A DNA stretch of 64,000 nucleotides from Oopsacas minuta (lineage: Eukaryota > Animalia > Porifera). Below the pieces are notes generated by a model. It ran no database searches, was not told the origin of the DNA, and saw nothing but the letters and a program-made list of their open reading frames with translations. The translations under genes and the position numbers were made by a program. Below are positions 38,750 through 48,766 of this stretch, one piece after another. How positions within the stretch are numbered: position 1 is the first letter of the stretch; the number at the start of each line of letters is the position of its first letter. Location of the stretch: contig JAKMXF010000352.1 of the NCBI GenBank assembly GCA_024704765.1, positions 62,001 through 126,000 on the forward strand. The letters are read 5' to 3'.

Positions 38750-41089
38750 CAGTATGTCCTCTCTAATAGTCCACCTCCCTTATAGTCCAAATCCCCTAAT
38801 AGTCTAGCAGATACCCAAAACCCATTTGTATTTGTAGGTGTAAACAATGTTACATAAGTGTACAGAGTGCACTGCAGTGCTGGCAGCTGCTTGTTAAAAC
38901 AGGCACTATTTAGAATCTGGCAGCTGCTTGTTAAAACCTGCACTGCTGACAGCTGCTAGCCTGTTTTAGTTCTAGCTCAGTTTTCTAGCTCAGTTTTTTA
39001 GCAATGGCTCCTGGTCGAAAGCAACCTATTCACCTAAGAGGTGCTTCAACAAGAAAAGGCAAGAAATACACCACAGCTCAGCTTGCTGCAAAGAAGCAAA
39101 GGGTTGAGCTTACACTGAAGCAGAAATGTGATGTGATTGATCAAGCACTAAAAAGTGGCTTTCAACCCAACTCTGTAGAATCCACCTTGGTCCGAGTTAA
39201 CCAGACTATGCTTGCAAAACAGTATAATGTCACTGTAAAGACGATAAACCGAGTTTTGTGGAGTGCAAAGAAGCTCAAGCAACAACTTCTTACTACATCT
39301 GGTGATCTTCGACGTAATCGTGAGATCAAGTATAGGGCTATAGAAGAAAAAGTAGTAGCATTTGTTTCTCTTCTTCGTAACAGACGCAAACCTATGCCTA
39401 TTTCTTTGAGTATTATAAAGGTGTATGCTGAACAAGTGGCCAAATCCCTTGGTGAACATGAGTTTAAAGCATCAAATGGTTGGTGGCAAAAGCTGATGAA
39501 AAGAAACAGCATAGGAAAGAGTGTTCGCCTGCATGGGGAAGCAGGCGACGTAAACCCAGAAGATATTAAAGAGAGGATCCAGGAAATTAAAAAAATGCTA
39601 GAGGAGTATGGCCCAGAGCTTATATACAACTGGGATGAAACTGGCTTGTACTTTAGATTGATTCCTAGTGCAACGTATACTGCACCAAATGAACAGCGAC
39701 GACGTACACGGGGAACTAAAGCTCAAAAAGCAAAGGATCGTGTCACCCTTATCACGTGCACTAATGCAATAGGCACACACAAGATTCCTCTTGCTATGAT
39801 TGGGAAGGCAGCCCAGCCTCGTTGCTTTCGAACATGTCCATCTCCTTTGCCATACAACTCGCAGAAGAATGCATGGAATGATCATGTACTGACAAAATGG
39901 TGGTTCCATGATGTCTTTCTGCCAGCAATTCGAAAGAGGACATCCAGACCAGTCATTCTGATAGCTGACAACTTTGGTTCCCATGATGAAACTGATGCTG
40001 CTCTTCAAGACCCACAGGTCAAGTGGGTTTTGCTACCACCAAACTGTACATCAGTCCATCAACCTATGGATCAGGGCATTATCGCTGCACTTAAGAGGAA
40101 GTACAAGTCCAACATGCTACATTCAATGGTTAAAAACCTTGAAAGGTATGATGAATTGCGAGCAATTGGAGCCTCCATTACAGCAGAAGTTAGAGGGCTA
40201 AATCATGCTTACCCACCGAACCTCTTAGATGCTGCAACAATAGCGCACGAGGTGTGGGAATCAATGAACCAGTCAACTCTACTAAATTGCTGGTTGAAAG
40301 CAGACATTCTGCCTACATGTCACGTAGAGGGTCTTGAGACTTATCGTCGACCATTGAGTCTGCCAGCTGTTGAAGAGTTAAGCAGTTTGTTGCAGCATGC
40401 AACTATCAGCAGTCAACCCTCGAGCCAGGATGACAATGATCAACCTCCTCCTGCAATAGGGAGAGAGCATTTCATTGGAGAGTTTGTTGCTCTTCAATGG
40501 CAAGCTAAAAATGATCCTGCAGGTCTCGTTGATGTACTAAATGACTGGTTTGATATCGAAGATGGTGATCTTGTTAAACAAGATGAAGTTCAAATGGCAC
40601 TTGAACGAGAAGATGTGCAACCCACTGCAGGAAACGATGGTGCAACTGAAACTTCAATGGAGATAGATCCTAGTAGCGTGGACATACCGCCAGATCCATT
40701 AAGTGCAGATGATGATTCGGATTCTGAAGTACAACCTCTTACTCGAATGGAAGCTCTCAATAGTGTGAACATTACTGAAGGCATTGAAATGGTTGAGAAG
40801 GTTATACAAATAATGTCATCATTAGATGAAGATGAAGCTACTTATATGCTCACAAGGGTGTATCGCAAATGCCTAGACTTGAAAGCTGAGAAAAAGGACC
40901 TAAACTCAAAGCAAACTGTCCTTAGGGAGTATTTTGTTCCACAATTGGACACATCATGTGATGTATAAATATGTATATACTGCACATTAATTTCGGTATT
41001 TACACATGTTAAACTCTAATAGTCCAATACTGTAATAGTCCACCTCAACTACCGTTGCCAGTAGGTGGACTATTAGAGAGGACATACTG
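38750..41089 (+). mobile_element. pogo/Tigger DNA transposon, full length, 2340 bp
   Basis: Perfect 27-bp TIRs CAGTATGTCCTCTCTAATAGTCCACCT / AGGTGGACTATTAGAGAGGACATACTG, a TA duplication (38748-38749, 41090-41091) and subterminal TAATAGTCCA repeats. Confidence 0.98.
39004..40968 (+). CDS. pogo/Tigger transposase (CENP-B-type HTHs + DDE_1), 654 aa, intact
   Basis: FKASNGWWQK, LHGEAGDV, YNWDETGLYF, RVTLITCTNAIG, LIADNFGSH and HQPMDQGII (DD33D), followed by an acidic C-terminal tail. Confidence 0.97.
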   Translation: MAPGRKQPIHLRGASTRKGKKYTTAQLAAKKQRVELTLKQKCDVIDQALKSGFQPNSVESTLVRVNQTMLAKQYNVTVKTINRVLWSAKKLKQQLLTTSGDLRRNREIKYRAIEEKVVAFVSLLRNRRKPMPISLSIIKVYAEQVAKSLGEHEFKASNGWWQKLMKRNSIGKSVRLHGEAGDVNPEDIKERIQEIKKMLEEYGPELIYNWDETGLYFRLIPSATYTAPNEQRRRTRGTKAQKAKDRVTLITCTNAIGTHKIPLAMIGKAAQPRCFRTCPSPLPYNSQKNAWNDHVLTKWWFHDVFLPAIRKRTSRPVILIADNFGSHDETDAALQDPQVKWVLLPPNCTSVHQPMDQGIIAALKRKYKSNMLHSMVKNLERYDELRAIGASITAEVRGLNHAYPPNLLDAATIAHEVWESMNQSTLLNCWLKADILPTCHVEGLETYRRPLSLPAVEELSSLLQHATISSQPSSQDDNDQPPPAIGREHFIGEFVALQWQAKNDPAGLVDVLNDWFDIEDGDLVKQDEVQMALEREDVQPTAGNDGATETSMEIDPSSVDIPPDPLSADDDSDSEVQPLTRMEALNSVNITEGIEMVEKVIQIMSSLDEDEATYMLTRVYRKCLDLKAEKKDLNSKQTVLREYFVPQLDTSCDV

Positions 41090-41202
41090 TATTTTGACAG
41101 GTAACACACCAACACAGCTAATCCATTCATTATATTTGCACAACTTACAGTTTTTATTTTGTGTCCTTTTTTTCCAATTTATCTGTTTTTATCGAATTTT
41201 CA

Positions 41203-42226
41203 ATGCCTTCTAAACCCCGAATTTCCATTGAAAATCGAGCCAACCTGATCCTACTTTCAGAAGGTGGCCATACTCAGAGGGAGGTAGCTAAAATGGTTGG
41301 GTGTAGCCAAAAAGTGTAGCCGAGATCCTTAAGAAACACAGGCTGACTGGCACGGTAAGAGACCTCGCTATTCCGGGTAGGCCTCGTATCACAACCAAAA
41401 GGCAAGACAGTTTATTGGTCAGAAAATGCAAAAAGGATCGATTTAAGACTGCTACTCAGATCAAAGCTGAAGTATTATCAGAATATTCGATAAAACTTTC
41501 CACTTCAACAGTTCAGAGAAGGTTACGAGGGGCTGGACTGTTCGGACGAAAACCGCGAAGGAAGGCCGCCTTACTACCAAGCACAAAAGAGACCGACTTT
41601 CCTTCGCAAGATCGCACAAGAATTGGAATACTGAAGAATGGGGAAGAGTTGTGTTCAGTGACGAATCTAAGTTCCTTCTGTATACTAATGGCGGGAGAGC
41701 CTACGTCAGGAGGATGAAAGGGGAGGAGTTCTCAGAGAGGTGTCTTCAAAAAACTTGCAAGTTTGTTGGAAGTGGCATCATGGTTTTGGGATGCTTTTGC
41801 TGGAGTGGCGTAGGACTCTTGTGGAAAGTATCTGGGAACCTCAAGACAAATTCCTACATTGATATATTGGAAAATGCACTAATCCCAAGCGTTGATTTGC
41901 ATTCTCTACATTCTGACTGGATCTTTCAGCAAGACAACGCCCCATGCCATAAGTCAAAGGGGATTAAGCAATGGTTTGATGAGCAAAAAATAGAGGTTAT
42001 GAATTGACCTGCTCAGTCACCTGATCTAAATCCGATTGAGAATCTCTGGGATCACATTTCCCTCAGAATTCAAGAGAAAAGCCCATCCAACCACTCAGAG
42101 TTGTGGAATACCATATTAAGCACTTGGGATAGCATCGACATCAACAGGCTCCATACTCTAATTGAGAGTATGCCGCAAAGATGTAAAGCTGTAATTCAAG
42201 CAAGAGGAGGTACTACTAAATACTAA
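41203..42226 (+). pseudogene. Tc1 transposase pseudogene
   Basis: ATG at 41203, PGRPRITT, VFSDESKF, FQQDNAPCH, N*PAQSPDLNPIENLW (TGG changed to TGA) and GGTTKY*; at least two frameshifts. Confidence 0.93.
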
Positions 42227-42429
42227 CAACAATTAACTTGATTATAATAAAGCATTATTGTTAAAATCAGTCATAGATATAAGAATTTGGGGTAAATTTA
42301 TTCTGAGCAATTCTTTTTGACCGGCACTGTATAAAGTGATTTATGGTAACATAACGTAGACTATGGGGCCAAAGGAGGTTTTGATACTAAATATTGTAAA
42401 TTTCCTATGATAATGTAGAATATCTCAGG

Positions 42430-44045
42430 TCATTTTCCACCTGTAATTTGTTTCGAACCTTTGTTTTGATAGCAAGTTAGCTTGAAAAGCCAGACTCACA
42501 TAGATAAGTTGATGAGAAAGGTACAATAGTTTTAAGAGCTTGTTTACTGACGATTGGATATACCAAATACATTTTGGCCCAAAAGTCAGAAAGAACAAGA
42601 ATTTGGAACTCATCTAGACCATACACTTGAATCAATTTCTTACCATAACAATTAATAGATCCGCTGTATTAATCACAGGAAATATTTAGAAAACTCACTT
42701 CACAGGCAATTAAGGGCTCCATTATGTCTTTTTGAAGTTGTGCAGAAAAGGGTTCATTATAGAGTACATCTGCAATCGATAAAAAGAACATGTATTGCCT
42801 TCCAGGATCTTTCTTCTCCAGAGTTTACTTATGGAGATGAAGGCATTAATGTTGTCTGTATGACTGATAATGTTGGTATCTTGGCACTGAAGTTTCCGAT
42901 TAAGCTCATTAAGAGCTTCAAAGATATCTGCAAGTTATGCCAAGTGAGAGACAAACTCTGGCTTATTAAATTCGGTTAGGAGATCCATCCTGCATTTCAT
43001 CTGAAGAATGGTATCCACCTCTTCCTTAAGTTTAAATACCCGAGCCAACATGTTTCCTTTGGATAACCACCGTACCTGCGTATGGAACAAAAGAGATTTA
43101 TGGGTAGCATCCATTCCTTCACAAATTTTGCGAAATAAGCCGGTATTGGACGCTCCGCTTTTGATATAGTTGACTACTTTAATGACTATCGCTAAATTAG
43201 CACGTAGAGAACTAGGCATTGTTTTAGAGGCTAATGCCTGGCGATGGATGAAACAGTGGGTTCCTAGCACATTCGGATTCTTGTGTTTAACAAGCGAGAT
43301 AAAACCAGATAGGCTACCCAACATGGCTGGTGTTCCATCTGAGCACACCCCAACTATATTTTCCAATTGAGATTTAATTCTCCAAAGAATATTGAAACAA
43401 GGCCATGACATCTTCTGCCTTTGCTGTCGTCTCCAAGGGCTTACAGAATAGGAACTCTTCCTCACTCGTCGGACGATTCATAGAACGAGCACAAACCATC
43501 AATTGAGAAAGATTGGCCACATCTGTAGACTCGTCCAGCTGGATAGCAAACATGGAAGATGCCTGGATTTTTGTAATTATCAGATGTTGATATTGTTAGA
43601 CATATCAACAATCCTTGACTTGATTGTGTCGTTTGACATGGATATTCGCTCCAGCTTGCTAATGGCATCTTTGTTGAGGACTATTCGAGCACATTCAAGA
43701 ATGCAAGGCTTCACGAGAGTCTCCCCGATTGTATAAGGTTTCTTGTTTTTTGCCACCAATTGTGCAATGGCATACGACGCGTGAACAATTGACTTTGCCT
43801 GTTTATGTAATGCTCCACTGGAACCCAAATTCACTCTTATTAATCCAGTCTCCTTCAGCTTAAATAAAGCTCGATCATTTTTGGAATCTCCAGGTGGACT
43901 GTGGTGAGATGTTGCTTCAGTTGGTACGGTTTCATACTCGAATTCGATAGAGTTTTCATACCTGTGGAAGTGGATTACCATTATTTTCCTAGAATATAAA
44001 GCCAAGATTGAGATCATCTTGTTGATACTTTCTCTTCAGTGACAT
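42430..44045 (-). pseudogene. hAT transposase of the Buster/Charlie (ZBED5/ZBED8/SCAND3-like) group, decayed and 3'-truncated
   Basis: MSLKRKYQQDDLNLGF, ASYAIAQLVAKNKKPYTIGETLVKP, SNDTIKSRIVDMS, VCSDGTPAMLG, THCFIHRQALA and LLFHTQVRWLSKG. Confidence 0.9.
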
Positions 44046-44479
44046 GGTAACCACTGACGTATATAATTTACTGTAAGAAAGTTAGAAAATTGAGACTTAG
44101 GAAGTCGAAGAGGCCAAAAAATGTAAAATAATTCTAAAATCAGAGTCCTTTGATTTGAATAATTGTTAAAAGTTGTTTACTATTTATATGTAATATCAGG
44201 TATATTGTCAATCTCCAAATAAACATTTAATGTAAGCAAAGATATTATTCAAAATTTAGTGGAAATGAAAAAGCATTTGATTGCATTCGGATTTTATGGT
44301 CATATCTCACTTAAGTGTATTCCTAGACTTCATTAAATTCGCAGAACTTGACATAGTATTTAGAGTTTTACTGAATAAGCCCCCACATTTAATAACATCT
44401 ACATAATATTCCTCAGAAGCGCCCTTCCCCACCGGTTGAGTAGCACTGTCCTAGAACGTCCCTTTGGGGGGAAACTGGA

Positions 44480-44900
44480 TACTTTAAGGGTCGGACATCC
44501 GAGTGAACTTTCGTCCAGATTCTAATCATTTTCACGGTTAGCAATTTGACTTGTCTCAAACAGGGACTCGTCGGACCATAAAACATTCTTCCAGTCTTCG
44601 GTTGTGCGATCTCACTTCTCTTTAAGAAGTTTTACTCTGTTCTCCTCTGGTTTTAACTTATCCTGAGTTGTTTCTGCTATTTAAACATGTAGCCTCTAGT
44701 TCATTGGTCAAACATCGATCTATTGTATTCTTGGAGACGAAAACGCCTTTGTATTAATCCTTTTAATAAACGCCGAAAAATTGGTCACGCTCCCCGAAGG
44801 ATTAGATAATCCGTATTTTGCCAATTTTTGTGAGCTCTTTCGGAGGTCCAGCGCCTTTAGGATGATTCAGACTTTCACCCAATTAGTACTTTGACTACCA
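44480..44900 (-). pseudogene. Tc1-like transposase fragment
   Basis: GAGPP (GRP-like), VSKNTIDRCL and TEDWKNVLWSDESLF..NREND; both ends are missing. Confidence 0.6.
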
Positions 44901-45455
44901 TCATCGAGCTGTTGAAATATCATACCCCAATTCCTGTGCTGCTTTTCTTTGCGTTGATCCAACCTCTAACCTTACCATAGAATAAATTCTATAATTATTT
45001 CTCCCTGAAATGGTATCCATTTCATACTAAACAACGCTTGATATAAGAGATAACATATTTTGGTAAAATTGAGAAAATCATCCACCATATTTATTGGATG
45101 ACTAGTAATACGCAGATAGATTAGACTATTATGTTTAGAGTGATTAATAGCATAGTTAATATTTGATATGGCTTCAATAGTTAATATTGACATAACGTGA
45201 TAATTATGGGATACTCTGTAGCAGCGCCCAATGAAGAAAAATTAGGCCAATATCCACCAATAATTTGACAAGATTTATAGATAAGGCCAAATCATATTCA
45301 GGAATATAGGATATACCCTAATTTCCATAACAATATACAACATTTTTGATATGATATTACCAAGGATTCTTGCGCAGTCAGCAACAATCTTGAAAATATA
45401 TGATCATTTTCAAGAGTGTTTCATAAGACTAGAATTGTTTCAAAAACTAACTTAC

Positions 45456-45643
45456 TTGGGAAGCTCTACCAAGTATTGGAGGCGAATGACCTGATCTTGA
45501 TATGGGTTTTAATTCATTCTGTCCAAAGGAGAAACGCTCATATCCACTCCAAGCATGCTTCATCATGTTACGGATAAAAGTCTGCTTGTATAATAATGAT
45601 TCAGTGAAATCATCAGTTGAAGGGAGAGGAATTTGTTTAGTTT
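45456..45643 (-). CDS. MAN1A: Golgi alpha-1,2-mannosidase, exon 2 (188 nt)
   Basis: TTTTCTAG acceptor, then (G)AA-TKQIPLPSTDDFTESLLYKQTFIRNMMKHAWSGYERFSFGQNELKPISRSGHSPPILGRASQ, then a GTAAGT donor. Phase 1 in and phase 0 out, matching exons 1 and 3. This exon is absent from the supplied ORF track. Confidence 0.95.
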
Positions 45644-45966
45644 CTAGAAAATGTAGTGATCAACATAAACATAAAGAAACCAATGTATTTGATCGAATAC
45701 AAAGGTTGAATGATAAATATTCGGAGTATGAATAATAGATGAATCATATAAATATGCTGCTACACAATTACAGTCTTAGTTGAAAAGGGAGAAAGGAAAG
45801 CATGGTTTCATGTGAACATAGTCGCCAATTTTGCAATTGTCGGGGTACCAAACTTACCCTGGTGAGTAACTATAGCTTTATGCATAATCCCAATAAGACT
45901 AGCATTATGCTAATGGCAAATATTTCATATTAACAAAATCATAAATAAAACTTCCCAAAAGGTCCG

Positions 45967-46760
45967 TTACTGGCCAGGAGAGGTATAGCCCCATGCACAA
46001 GAGGGTATACATTCCAAGATCAGAAGAGACATAACCTTCATGAGTTGGCAGTCCTTAGCTGGCAAATCGGGTAAATGGTGTAAGCAAACGTATACTAGTT
46101 TGAGACACGCTTGTATTGCTTTTGAACAGATAACAAGCTGTCTATCTGAGTCATGTGGATTTTCTAATGTTTTCTCTGCATATTTCTGCAAATAGATCCA
46201 TTGGAACATCATTTTGGATTCTATCGTATGATGGCTGGTTCGAATTATCATATTTCCTACATTCGAATCATTGAATTCGAGCGTCGTCTTAAGCTCTCTG
46301 ACATCCAAGAATGTTTTCTGACCAACAGGACTCTGCTAAATCCATACATACTTTTGTCAAATACCTTACTTCACCCTTCACTACTTCTAGTGATGAGCAA
46401 ATAGATCTGGAGCCATATCTTGATAGAATTAGTGATGTATTATCAATTGAATACATCATCAGATACCCGAGCCATTAGGTGTTATCGGAGGATATTCGGT
46501 CTATAAATTCTTGAAAGGGTTTCAAGAGTGAGATTGCGCACTGATACACTAACTTATGATACAGAATTAATTCTTGACAGTGGTTCAATTTCTCAATTCA
46601 CGCTCTTGCAATTAACAGATCGAGGGGTTCAAATATCCATCCGAGCCTGTTCTTACCTCTGTTATTAATCACTGGAAGATTCTGTTTGCTATTGAGGACA
46701 AAAATCATTTGGCGAATCTACTTGTACACCGTCCAGCTAGAAATATACTAGTTGAGCCTA
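45967..46760 (-). pseudogene. unidentified decayed coding sequence
   Basis: Long stop-poor stretches in two adjoining frames (IRQMIFVLNSKQNLP...LGWIFEPLDLLIARA..KLVYQCAISLLKPFQEFIDRI; FLDVRELKTTLEF...YLQKYAEKTLENPHDS). No family recognised. Confidence 0.3.
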
Positions 46761-48037
46761 CATTGATATGCCAGGAAGATGATGCCAGTATTGATATCTG
46801 GAAATCAAGCTGTTTGATCAGTGATGTAACTAGATAGGATATCCTACGTAACGTATTTTACTACTGCTAATTGATTTCTGGCCAACAATAATAAGAACGA
46901 TGATTCACTTGCAACTTCTAGGGGTATAGAAAAACGTAAACTGAAAATTTTTTCATGATTTTGTGAAGTGTATGCGTTATTATTGTAATTGTATATATTT
47001 ACATATATTATGTATGTTGAATGGGTTATTATCCAATATAAATTAGTTTCAATGGACTTCAAATAGAATTTCAATATCTTAGTTTAATACCAAGGAGGGA
47101 TTATGAATAATACTTGAGATAACATTTTGATAAGATATATAAGACAAAAACAGAATTCTCCAATATCAGCAAATAACGCATCCCTGGTACTTTTTACTGT
47201 TAGGCCTTATATTTACTAGGCTATGAATCAACCTTTTAACATACATTTGTAAATACTATATTTTCAATGTTTTTCTGCCTGTTGACTAGATAATTAGCAT
47301 GACACTACATGCAGCATAATCTCATTTTACAATTTCAATTGAATACACTATATATTTTCAATATAGTTTCACCGCAAAGATGTGAATCATTCTAAGATTT
47401 CAGAGAAACATTATAGTGATCAATTTTTCGGATCGCTAGGACTGAGAAATCTAACAGCGGGGGTTAGCATTTGTTAGGTTCTGACCGATCCAAACTTCAT
47501 GCGAATTCTACTGTAAATAATATCTACATATATTAAAGTTACTTTCAAATTTAATCACCCTATGCTTGTATAATGGCAGAGTATCATTATTGGAGGGGAT
47601 AATAACGTATCTGCCAAGGCATCAGCTTGTTGTATAGAGTTTTCAATTTATTCAGTTCTTAACCAAAAATTTGTAAATATGTACTTTTGAAACTTGTATT
47701 ACCCATAAATGGTAAATATTATCATGTAATATACAATCAACTCCGCTTAATTGGGACATCCGATTTCTCTCCATTTAGGAAATTAGAATAAGGTTGGCAC
47801 ATGGACAAAGTGAGACAAAAATAGCCTAAATCAGATTGTATATAACTTTGATTGTTATCAACATAATTCACAGAAGTCACAAAACTTGTACTTTGGATGG
47901 GTATGACTAAACAATAGAGTGGTAAACTTGCTTTGGGGAACCCTACGACTGAAAAACTAGAATAGAAGATGCTCTTTAGTATCATTCTTAGAAAAAATGA
48001 TGCCAAATAGTTTATTTGGGACCTTCGGTAAACTGAC

Positions 48038-48314
48038 CAGTGGAAGCGGAATGATTTATTTTTCAGGGGGGCTGAAATCGTAAGTTGACAGTAATATTAT
48101 TAATTTGAAGGGCATTGGATTCTTGAAGGTTTTATATAAATGATAAGCACAACGGAAAGTTCACTGTAACAGGTTTCAATGGCAATATACAGCATTTCTG
48201 AATGTAATCTGCAAAAACGAAATTAGCTTTTATACAGGGAAATATTTTATAAAAACAAGCCTGATATTTAGGGGGGCTATAGCCCCCGTAGCCCCCGTGG
48301 TTCCGCCGCCACTG
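48038..48314. mobile_element. hAT-type MITE, 277 bp
   Basis: TIRs CAGTGGAAGCGGAA / TTCCGCCGCCACTG (12/14), subterminal GGGGGGCT/AGCCCCC motifs and an 8-bp TSD AAACTGAC / AATCTGAC (7/8). Confidence 0.75.
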
Positions 48315-48766
48315 AATCTGACAAAAGGCTTGGAACCAATGTGTTCTGATTAAGCTGAGCTGATCGCATATTGAATAAATAATTTGATTAACTTGTTACA
48401 TTACGCATATGTGAGCCAGCTATATACATATATTTCTGCATTTAGAATGTCCAGCAGCTATTGAGACTCCTCTTGGATGGGAATGAGCACCAATTTCTAG
48501 TATTTGCAGTAGCACACAAGGAAGATAACTCAGAAACTCTCGCGCTCTCCGCCGGGAAGATGTTGATTATCTCAATTTCATTTACATGTGTTCCAAGCAT
48601 TCCCGGAGAGAGAGCATCCAAAGAGAGTACCCAACCCACAGGGGATTTAACTAGTTGAAAAGCTATGAATCTCAGTTTGAAATTAAAATACTAGAGTGAA
48701 ATGAAGATTTTTTGATTACAAGATCACAGGATTTGCAAGGTAAGTTACCATTTCTTTCCATGTTTT

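Larger units (their letters stand above)
38636..42329 (+). mobile_element. dead Tc1 element (1352 bp net) carrying a nested Tigger
   Basis: Perfect 26-bp TIRs CAGTGCCGGTCAAAAAGAATTGCTCA / TGAGCAATTCTTTTTGACCGGCACTG with TA on both flanks (38634-38635, 42330-42331). Confidence 0.96.
27011..45455 (-). other. intron 2 of the mannosidase gene (18,445 bp, transposon-filled)
   Basis: GTAAGT donor (45455) and TATAG acceptor (27011); phase 0 on both sides. Confidence 0.92.

Noticed and set aside
39148-40784. Antisense/overlapping short ORFs in Tigger (and likewise 761-1430, 8891-9079)
   Set aside because: They are shadow ORFs of long transposase frames with no independent motifs.
45967-46308. Extra mannosidase exon (contains AWGY)
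   Set aside because: The true KHAWSGY exon is at 45643-45456, and its phases already join exons 1 and 3 without it.
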